Origin: Clostridia bacterium
Lineage (GTDB): Bacteria > Bacillota > Clostridia > CAKSNL01 > HGM11501
Assembly (NCBI GenBank): GCA_045545475.1
Contig: JAZQAZ010000014.1
Location: 14,404-78,403, forward strand
Direction: 5' to 3'
DNA length: 64,000 nt
Position numbers and translations under genes: made by a program. The notes under the pieces were generated by a model. That model was not told where the DNA came from. It saw nothing but the letters and a program-made list of their open reading frames with translations, and ran no database searches. Below, in pieces: positions 56,645 through 64,000 of this stretch. Positions within the stretch are counted from its first letter, which is position 1. Each line of letters begins with the position of its first letter.

Positions 56645-57550
56645 GTGCCGGATGCGAAAAACAAAAGAAGAAATACCGATGAAAATGGCGACAGGGTAAA
56701 ACGAAGAAGAAAAAGAAGGCGTAAAAGAGGTATTATAAGCTTTCTGTTTATAATTCTTATCTTGCTTTGTGTTGGGCTTATAATAATCAAGACTCCGCTT
56801 TTTAATGTGGAAAAAGTGACGGTTAAAGGAAACGTGCTGGTATCGGAAGAAGACATTTTTAAGGTATCCGGTATATATGAGGGGCAAAATATTTTTGATC
56901 ACTTAAGTTCCTACTATGAAGAAAAAATTCATACACTGCCGTATGTAAGTACAGTTAAAGTGCAAAAGAAGTTTCCTTCCGAGATTTATATAACAGTGAG
57001 TGAGGAATATGAATACGCCGTTTTGGATTTCGGAGGAGTGGGAGTGTTCTGCGATAAACATGGTAAATCTATAAAAATCGCTACAATGGAAGAAACGGAA
57101 AAACTGATAAAGTTTACCGGATGTCACGAAGGGACCTATGAATTGGGAAATTATATCAGGCTTGAAAGTGACAAGGAGACGGAAACTTTTAAAAAGTGCC
57201 TGGCAGCCATTGAAGAATACGGATTCCTTGATGTAACGGAAGTGAATATGGCAGATATAAACGATTTGGTATTCACAGTGGACGGGAATCTTACGGTAAA
57301 GATTGGCGAGCTCGGAGACGAAGATGAGCTTTCGTATAAAATGGCATATATAAAAGAGGTCATAGATTCACTGCCTCACGGCATCAGCGGAATTATTGAT
57401 GCAACCAATCCGGAAGCAGGAGTATCATACAGAACCGGGGAATATGAATATACACCTTCCGCAGAAGAAGCTACAGAAGAAATTATGGAAGAAGTGGCGG
57501 AAGAGGGTGTTGAAAGCATAGAAGAGACGGAAAATACGGCAGGTGAATAA
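56645..57550 (+). CDS. ftsQ: Cell division protein FtsQ/DivIB
   Basis: Basic N-terminus, TM helix, POTRA domain (FNVEKVTVKGN...LPYVSTVKVQKKFPSEI). Confidence 0.85.
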   Translation: MPDAKNKRRNTDENGDRVKRRRKRRRKRGIISFLFIILILLCVGLIIIKTPLFNVEKVTVKGNVLVSEEDIFKVSGIYEGQNIFDHLSSYYEEKIHTLPYVSTVKVQKKFPSEIYITVSEEYEYAVLDFGGVGVFCDKHGKSIKIATMEETEKLIKFTGCHEGTYELGNYIRLESDKETETFKKCLAAIEEYGFLDVTEVNMADINDLVFTVDGNLTVKIGELGDEDELSYKMAYIKEVIDSLPHGISGIIDATNPEAGVSYRTGEYEYTPSAEEATEEIMEEVAEEGVESIEETENTAGE

Positions 57551-57692
57551 AGGAAGAAATATAAACTATGAAAACCGAAGGTTGAAGTGAAAAAATAAGG
57601 ATAATTGCGAAAAAAGTTTCACTTTAGTCATTGACAAATTGCAAAAAATAGTATAATATATAATAGTAAAATTGGATAAGGAGGCAATAAAT

Positions 57693-58751
57693 ATGCCGGA
57701 GGATAGAATTGATATGAATGAAACACAGGTTATAAAAGTAATTGGTGTAGGTGGCGGCGGTAACAACGCTGTTAACCGAATGGTAGATGCAGGTGTTAAA
57801 CACGTTGAGTTTATCGCTGTTAATACAGACGCTCAGGCTTTGGCTTGCTCAAAGGCTGACAGAACTCTTCAGATAGGTGACAAAGTAACAAAGGGACAGG
57901 GTGCAGGTTCAGATCCCGAAGTTGGTAAGAAAGCCGCTGAAGAATCCGTTGCTGAAATTGAAAAGGCAATAGAAAATGCAGACATGGTATTCATCGCTGC
58001 AGGTATGGGTGGCGGAACCGGTACAGGTGCAGCTCCCGTTATCGCAGGCATTGCAAAGAATAAGGGTATCCTTACAGTAGGTATCGTTACAAAGCCCTTC
58101 CAGTTTGAAGGTAAGAGAAGAATGGACAAGGCTATGGAAGGTATCGAAGCTCTTAAGGCTAATGTTGATACAATCGTTGTTATCCCCAATGACAAGCTTC
58201 TTACAATCGGAAGTGCAAAGACCACATTAATCGATGCATTCAAGATGGCTGACGAAGCTCTCCGTCAGGGTGTACAGGGTATCACAGAACTTATCGGAAA
58301 TGTTGGTTTCATGAACGCAGACTTTGCTGACGTAACAAGCGTTATGAAGGATGCAGGATGTGCACACTTCGGTATCGGACGTGCTTCCGGCGAAAACAGA
58401 GCAGAACTTGCTGCTAAGGCTGCAATTGAAGCTCCCCTTCTTGAAACAAATATTGAAGGTGCAACAGGTATTCTTATGTGCATCTCCGGTAACAGAGACC
58501 TTTCTCTCTTTGAAGTTAACGAAGCTGCAGAGCTTGTTCAGAGCTATGCTGACCCCAACGTATTCTTTAAGATGGGTATGATTAATGACGAAGCTATGGG
58601 AGATGATGTTTCTATTACAATCATCGCAACAGGCTTTGAGGGCAAGGAAAAGAAGAAGGAAGATTCTATTTTCGGAGCACTTAATTTAGGTGGATCTGAC
58701 GATACATATCCCGACATTCCCAGCTTTCTTAAAAAGCCTGACTTAGAATAA
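57693..58751 (+). CDS. ftsZ: Cell division protein FtsZ
   Basis: [30 protein letters not shown]-terminal DIPSFLKK. Start at 57693 after AAGGAGG; own TTGACA promoter at 57631. Confidence 0.98.
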   Translation: MPEDRIDMNETQVIKVIGVGGGGNNAVNRMVDAGVKHVEFIAVNTDAQALACSKADRTLQIGDKVTKGQGAGSDPEVGKKAAEESVAEIEKAIENADMVFIAAGMGGGTGTGAAPVIAGIAKNKGILTVGIVTKPFQFEGKRRMDKAMEGIEALKANVDTIVVIPNDKLLTIGSAKTTLIDAFKMADEALRQGVQGITELIGNVGFMNADFADVTSVMKDAGCAHFGIGRASGENRAELAAKAAIEAPLLETNIEGATGILMCISGNRDLSLFEVNEAAELVQSYADPNVFFKMGMINDEAMGDDVSITIIATGFEGKEKKKEDSIFGALNLGGSDDTYPDIPSFLKKPDLE

Positions 58752-58758
58752 GAAATAT

Positions 58759-58784
58759 AAAAGCCCGGTTTTCCGGGCTTTTTT
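58759..58784 (+). terminator. Rho-independent terminator after ftsZ
   Basis: aaaagcccgg-tttt-ccgggctttttt. Confidence 0.88.
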
Positions 58785-58799
58785 GATAGGAGGATAACT

Positions 58800-59846
58800 G
58801 TGTTTGATTTAGATAGATATATGATTCCTTTCTGGGAAGGAAGCGTTGTAGAGGACGAATCATGCTTTGTAATGGAGGATGAGGCAGGGACTCTAATTCC
58901 CATAAACCTTTTATACAAGCCGGATAAAGTTCTCAAGGTAACAGACTATACACTTACGGTTACTTATGAAGAGGGAAAAGATTATAAGGTGGAGGACGGA
59001 AAAATTATAGTTCTTCCAGAAGGAAAGATTCCGGTTATGAAGAGGAAGGACTTCTTTCTTGATGAAAAAATAGAAGGAAAGTCTTTTATGCGTTGTAACG
59101 GAAAGTATCTTGCCTTTGCTGAGTGGGTACTTATGTATCCTTATCAGATAGCGGTTACTTATGAACATTCGGATAAGTGGGATAGATATATCCCCGGGTC
59201 AAAAGGAACGAAGCTTGAAAACTTTATAAAGAAGCTTGAAGCGAAAGCTCCTGTAAAAATTCTCGTTTTCGGGGACAGTATATCGGCAGGTGCGAATGCT
59301 ACATCCTTAAAGGCAGAAATGTTGCCCGGTCTTCCTAAGTGGGACGCACTTTTGGTGCATGAACTAAAAAAGAAATACGGATATGATGATATTGAAATCG
59401 TAAATACATCCGTTGGCGGAAAGGCTAGTAAATGGGGTGTTGAAACGGTGGAAGAAAACGCTGTAAAATATGATGCTGACCTTGCAATTATCGGCTTTGG
59501 CATGAATAACTGTGCTACAACACTTCCCGATTTCAAGGAGGATATAGAGAATATATGTAAGGCTCTTCGCAAAGGAAAGAGCGACACGGATATTATTCTT
59601 CTCGCAACAATGCTTCCGAATAAGCTTCTTGCAGGTTTCTGGGGAAATCAGATGTATCAGCAATATGTACTTAATGAAATTGCCGAGGATTTTAAGAATA
59701 CGGTTGTCTGCAATATGACAGAGTATCATAAGGCGATGCTTGAAACCAAGAAGTTTGAAGATATGACGGGAAATAACGTAAATCATCCTAATGATTTTCT
59801 TATAAGAGGATATGCTCAGTGCCTCGTAAAAACACTTGAAAAATAA
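58800..59846 (+). CDS. SGNH/GDSL hydrolase (probable carbohydrate esterase)
   Basis: FGDSISAG, SVGG, GFGMNN and NNVNHPND blocks, with an extra ~130-aa N-terminal beta-rich domain. Confidence 0.85.
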   Translation: MFDLDRYMIPFWEGSVVEDESCFVMEDEAGTLIPINLLYKPDKVLKVTDYTLTVTYEEGKDYKVEDGKIIVLPEGKIPVMKRKDFFLDEKIEGKSFMRCNGKYLAFAEWVLMYPYQIAVTYEHSDKWDRYIPGSKGTKLENFIKKLEAKAPVKILVFGDSISAGANATSLKAEMLPGLPKWDALLVHELKKKYGYDDIEIVNTSVGGKASKWGVETVEENAVKYDADLAIIGFGMNNCATTLPDFKEDIENICKALRKGKSDTDIILLATMLPNKLLAGFWGNQMYQQYVLNEIAEDFKNTVVCNMTEYHKAMLETKKFEDMTGNNVNHPNDFLIRGYAQCLVKTLEK

Positions 59847-59852
59847 TATAGA

Positions 59853-59896
59853 TAAACGAAAAACGGAAATGCTTTTGCATTTCCGTTTTTCGTTTA
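59853..59896. terminator. Bidirectional terminator with 20-bp perfect arms
   Basis: taaacgaaaaacggaaatgc-tttt-gcatttccgtttttcgttta. Confidence 0.88.
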
Positions 59897-59970
59897 GAAA
59901 ATCATTGAATAAAAGGGTATATATCTCTCAAAGCCATTTGGGGTAAAGGACTTTGAAGGGATTGGTGAAA

Positions 59971-61050
59971 TTACTCTTCCTCGTTACCTTCAAGGAAATC
60001 GTCAGACAAATCATCGTCCTTGCTCTTGGGAGCAGTTTCAGCCTTGTAGTGAGCTAAAACCTTTTCTTTTACTTCACTGAATACCTCGGGATGCTCGATT
60101 AAGTACTGCTTGGCGTTTTCTCTGCCCTGTGCGATACGTTCTCCGTTATAGGAAATCCACGCACCTGCCTTGTTTATGATGTCAAGCTCAACAGCCATGT
60201 CAAGAACAACACCTTCGGGAGCAAAGCCTTTACCGAAAATCATATCAAACTCAGCCTTCTTGAAGGGAGGAGCAACCTTATTTTTAACAATTTTAACCTT
60301 GGTTTTGGTACCGATAACATTTGCACCTTCTTTTATAGGCTCTCCCTTACGGATGTCCATTCTTACGGAGGAATAGAACTTTAGAGCCATACCGCCGGTG
60401 GTTGTTTCGGGATTTCCGAACATAACGCCGACTTTTTCACGGAGCTGGTTGATAAATACAACGATGGTATTTGTCTTGTTAATAACACCGGCAAGCTTTC
60501 TTAATGCCTTGGACATAAGTCTTGCTTGCATGCCAACCTGCTGATCTTCCATTTCACCGTCAATTTCTGCCTTGGGAACAAGTGCAGCAACAGAGTCTAC
60601 AATTACGAGGTCAACAGCACTGCTTCGAACCAGTGCTTCAACTATTGCAAGAGCCTGCTCGCCTGTATCAGGCTGAGAAACTAAAAGCTCGTCAATGTCA
60701 ACACCGAGAGTTTTTGCATATTCGGGATCAAGAGCATGCTCGGCATCAACGAAAGCAACTACGCCTTCTTCTCGCTGACACTGTGCAGCAAGGAGGAGGG
60801 TTAAAGTTGTTTTACCGGATGATTCGGGGCCGTATACTTCAACAATTCGTCCCTTGGGAATACCGCCTATACCGAGAGCAATATCGAGACTTAAGATGCC
60901 TGTTGAAAGTGCTTCAACTTCTAAATTGGAGGAATCTCCAAGCTTCATGATTGTGCCTTTACCATAATCCTTTTCTATCTGAGCCAGGGTGCTTTTTAAT
61001 GCTTCTGCCTTGGAAAGATTGTCTGTTTTTGATGCAGTAGTCTTTTTCAT
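59971..61050 (-). CDS. recA: Recombinase RecA
   Basis: [39 protein letters not shown]. Confidence 0.98.
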   Translation of the reverse strand: MKKTTASKTDNLSKAEALKSTLAQIEKDYGKGTIMKLGDSSNLEVEALSTGILSLDIALGIGGIPKGRIVEVYGPESSGKTTLTLLLAAQCQREEGVVAFVDAEHALDPEYAKTLGVDIDELLVSQPDTGEQALAIVEALVRSSAVDLVIVDSVAALVPKAEIDGEMEDQQVGMQARLMSKALRKLAGVINKTNTIVVFINQLREKVGVMFGNPETTTGGMALKFYSSVRMDIRKGEPIKEGANVIGTKTKVKIVKNKVAPPFKKAEFDMIFGKGFAPEGVVLDMAVELDIINKAGAWISYNGERIAQGRENAKQYLIEHPEVFSEVKEKVLAHYKAETAPKSKDDDLSDDFLEGNEEE

Positions 61051-61076
61051 AATATATATACCTCCTTAAAAAATAA

Positions 61077-61129
61077 GAACAAATATTCGTGTTTTTCTTT
61101 ATTATAAATGCGAACATATGTTTTGTCAA
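61077..61129 (-). promoter_or_regulatory. recA promoter with two LexA (Cheo) boxes
   Basis: TTGACA(61129-61124)-17-TATAAT(61106-61101). GAACatatGTTT(61112-61123) lies in the spacer and GAACaaatATTC(61077-61088) in the leader. Confidence 0.85.
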
Positions 61130-61153
61130 TAGTTTTTTTGAAAATTTTTGAAA

Positions 61154-61960
61154 TTATTTTTGTTTCATCAATTGTCGGTATTTATACGGGGTTATTTTGT
61201 TGTGGGCGACAAAGGTGTTTATAAAGTAGGCACTTGAGGTGAAACCGCACCGTTCTGCGGTTTCTGTTACGGAAAGTCCTGATTCAAGCATGAATTTAGC
61301 GTTTTTTAATCTTGTGAGTATGTGAAATGAATTAACTGTCATCCCGGTGGTTTTTTTGAAATCTCCCGCAAGCTTTGTTCGGCTTACGAAAAATTCGGAT
61401 GCAAGATTCTCTAAGGTTATTTTCTCTGCATAATGCAGTTCGATAAAAGAAATTACATCATTTATGTAAGTTCCGGTAAGTTTTACAGGAGTTAAATCTG
61501 TTTTGGAAAAAATATCATATATCTTCATATATAATACGCCGAGAATCAGCTTAGCCCTGAGAACAGAGTCTTCTGTATACGGGGATACATATACAGATTT
61601 TAACAGAAAAAAATAATGATAAAGCTCAGAATACTCGTCATCTGTAAGAGGAGCTATAAATGAAGGGGTACTCATGGAATAAACCGCAGGAATTGCATCG
61701 TATAAATTTTCGAAATGTACGAATACCTGATAACGTTCGTAAAGAGTATCGGGGGAGATATATGGATTATGCAGGTGATATGCTTTGGAGCATATGAGGC
61801 TTTTTCCGGAAACCTTGGTTATTATATCGTCGGAAATATAGGTTATTTCTCCGCTGGATATTAAAGAAATTTCATCAAAAGTATGGGAGTGTAGGCTTTT
61901 CTTGTCATTGGGAAAGCCTATTCCTTTGTAATACTCAATGTTTTTCAAAGCGACTTTCAT
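61154..61960 (-). CDS. AraC-family transcriptional regulator
   Basis: Cupin LHSHTFDEI; HTH ITLENLASEFFVS...SVTETAERCGFTSSAYFINTF...TPYKYR. Confidence 0.93.
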   Translation of the reverse strand: MKVALKNIEYYKGIGFPNDKKSLHSHTFDEISLISSGEITYISDDIITKVSGKSLICSKAYHLHNPYISPDTLYERYQVFVHFENLYDAIPAVYSMSTPSFIAPLTDDEYSELYHYFFLLKSVYVSPYTEDSVLRAKLILGVLYMKIYDIFSKTDLTPVKLTGTYINDVISFIELHYAEKITLENLASEFFVSRTKLAGDFKKTTGMTVNSFHILTRLKNAKFMLESGLSVTETAERCGFTSSAYFINTFVAHNKITPYKYRQLMKQK

Positions 61961-61986
61961 AAAAGCACCTTCTTTTCATGAAAATG

Positions 61987-62067
61987 TGTACGATTTTACA
62001 ATTTTTGTACGATAGTGGATTGAAACTCCTACTTTATTATTATATAATAAACTAAAGCTTTAGTCAA
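61987..62067. promoter_or_regulatory. Overlapping divergent promoters and candidate AraC direct repeats
   Basis: Plus strand: TTGAAA(62020)-17-TATAAT(62043-62048). Minus strand: TTGACT(62067-62062)-17-TATAAT(62044-62039). TGTACGAT direct repeats at 61987 and 62006. Confidence 0.7.
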
Positions 62068-62078
62068 GGAGGATAAAA

Positions 62079-63836
62079 ATGGATAGATTATTTAAAAGAA
62101 GTAATACTGCGAAATGCATAGAACTTGATAAAATGTGGGACTTCAAGATTGATCCCGACAACAAGGGGGTAGACGATAAGTGGTTTTTATCATTTCCTGA
62201 AAACAGTCGAAAAATTAATGTGCCTTCCTGCTGGAATACGGAAATAGATTTGTTTCGCTATATCGGAACAGCGTGGTACCGTACAACGTTTGAATCTGAA
62301 AGCGAAAATTTGTCTATAAAATTCTTTTCTGTAAATAATGAAGCAGATGTTTACCTTGACGGAGTGCACCTTGGTAACCACTATGGGGCGTTTCTGGAGT
62401 TTGGCTATGAACTCAAAGGCCTTTCGAAAGGGCGTCATGAGCTTACAGTAAGGGTAAATAATGACAGTAACTCCGTTGATACCTATCCTTTGACGGATGT
62501 TGACTGGCTTAACTACGGTGGTATTGCAAGGCGTGTTGAGATAAGGGAGCTTTCGGATGTATTGATAAAGGATTGCTCTGTTACATACAAAATTGAAAAC
62601 GACTACAAGGATGTCCGTCTTAATCTTAGCACTAAAATAAAAACCTTTAAGAGCGTTTCCGACAAGCTTGAAATATACATAAACGATGAACTTAAATATG
62701 AAGAAGAGCTTACAATTGACGGGGAAGAGAAAATAAAAATCCCCGAAATACTGATAAAAGATGCATCACTCTGGGGAATTTTCAAGCCCAATTTATACTA
62801 CATAAAGGTTAAATTCGGGGGAGAAGACTTAATAGAGCGAACAGGCTTCCGTGAAATCAAGACGGAGCATATGGATATACTGTTGAATGGCGAAAAAATT
62901 AAGCTTCTCGGAATCAATCGCCACGAAATCCATCCCGACTGGGGCTTTACTATGCCTTTCAATCTTATTAAGAAGGATATAGACATAATTAAAAACTTAA
63001 ACTGTAATGCCATAAGAACCAGTCACTATCCGAATTCTCAGCTTACCGCAGATTACTGCGACGAAATCGGCATGCTTTTCTGGGAAGAATTACCGCTTTG
63101 GGGAAGACCTGAATCTGCAATGGTAACTGAACTTACCATTGAAAGAGTGATTCCTATGATAGAGGAAATGATTCATGCAGGATTCAATCATCCCAGCATT
63201 GTAATTATCAGCATGCATAACGAATGTGCTACGGATACCAAGGGTGGATATGAATTTACAAAAATGATGATGGAAAAGGCGAGAAGCCTGGATAACAACA
63301 GACTCTTTACCCACGTTACCAACAGAAGCGGAGATGCATTCCCTGATATATGTTATGAACTTGATGACATTATCTGCATGAATAAATATATCGGCTGGTA
63401 TGAAGGGGTTGAATCCGGCGATTGGAACGTATTTATTGAAAGATGGGAAAAGCACATTGAGGCGTGCAATTCTCTTGATAAGCCACGTCTTATGACAGAG
63501 TTCGGAGCAGGTGCAATTCCCGGGGTGAACACCTTTGAGGCACAACGCTGGAGCGAAGATTATCAGGCTGACTACCTTGAATTTTCCCTTAATCAGCTTC
63601 TTTCCAATGCGAAAATTTCAGGAACCTATATCTGGCAGTATTGCGATATTCATATTCCTTTTGGCAGAGAGCTTGCCCGCCCCAGAAGCTTTAACAATAA
63701 GGGCATAGTAGATGAATACCGTCGCCCCAAGCGTGCATACAGAGTGGTTCAGGAAATTTACGGAAAAGAAATGGGCGATGGTGCACATTTTGACAGAGCA
63801 AGAATTAATAATTATACATTGCCTGAATGGAAATGA
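62079..63836 (+). CDS. GH2 glycoside hydrolase, beta-glucuronidase/uronidase type
   Basis: VPSCWN, DWLNYGGI, NRHE, RTSHYP, HNE (acid/base), NKYIGWY, TEFG (nucleophile), NNKG (NxKG uronate motif). Confidence 0.88.
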   Translation: MDRLFKRSNTAKCIELDKMWDFKIDPDNKGVDDKWFLSFPENSRKINVPSCWNTEIDLFRYIGTAWYRTTFESESENLSIKFFSVNNEADVYLDGVHLGNHYGAFLEFGYELKGLSKGRHELTVRVNNDSNSVDTYPLTDVDWLNYGGIARRVEIRELSDVLIKDCSVTYKIENDYKDVRLNLSTKIKTFKSVSDKLEIYINDELKYEEELTIDGEEKIKIPEILIKDASLWGIFKPNLYYIKVKFGGEDLIERTGFREIKTEHMDILLNGEKIKLLGINRHEIHPDWGFTMPFNLIKKDIDIIKNLNCNAIRTSHYPNSQLTADYCDEIGMLFWEELPLWGRPESAMVTELTIERVIPMIEEMIHAGFNHPSIVIISMHNECATDTKGGYEFTKMMMEKARSLDNNRLFTHVTNRSGDAFPDICYELDDIICMNKYIGWYEGVESGDWNVFIERWEKHIEACNSLDKPRLMTEFGAGAIPGVNTFEAQRWSEDYQADYLEFSLNQLLSNAKISGTYIWQYCDIHIPFGRELARPRSFNNKGIVDEYRRPKRAYRVVQEIYGKEMGDGAHFDRARINNYTLPEWK

Positions 63837-63935
63837 TATAAAATAAAACCGCCGAACGGCGGTACTTCTTAGGGATAAATCGCCCAAAATCCACGATTTT
63901 GGCACATTACTGTGTCAAAAAGCCTTGCAATAATT

Positions 63936-63966
63936 AAAAAACTCCAACATCGAGTTGGAGTTTTTT
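63936..63966. terminator. Bidirectional terminator
   Basis: aaaaaactccaac-atcga-gttggagtttttt. Confidence 0.8.
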
Positions 63967-64000
63967 GTTCAAGAGCAAAAGGCTCTTTTCACATATCCGT

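Noticed and set aside
59897-59970. Possible recombination-site remnant downstream of recA
   Set aside because: Only a loose imperfect palindrome, with no partner site or recombinase in the window.

Overview
64 kb of chromosome from an AT-rich, apparently spore-forming Clostridia-type Firmicute (sigma-A promoters, AGGAGG RBSs, Gram-positive SOS boxes, SLH protein, dcw cluster). The taxon is inferred from gene content only. Housekeeping blocks: luxS-mtnN with convergent metY-metA, M18 aminopeptidase, rlmD, the glycogen operon glgBCDAP plus a GH13, the dcw cluster mraZ to ftsZ (no ftsA, murD or murF here) and recA. Accessory content: two AraC + cytoplasmic CAZyme modules, an ECF sigma/anti-sigma/SLH operon, a tandem TIR-TIR-SEL1-TPR protein, and a 2256-aa secreted MBL-fold multidomain protein. 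The best candidate for an undescribed system is an AT-rich, tightly coupled three-gene unit right after the rlmD stop: a PD-(D/E)XK nuclease-like protein, a 2-TM protein and a stand-alone RNA-type beta-CASP nuclease, followed by a Pol-beta-type nucleotidyltransferase. The tandem-TIR sensor-like protein is the second candidate. A 33-aa membrane microprotein missed by the ORF track ends the glycogen operon. I saw no rRNA, tRNA, CRISPR array, integrase or transposase. All family calls come from motif recognition by eye; no database searches were run.
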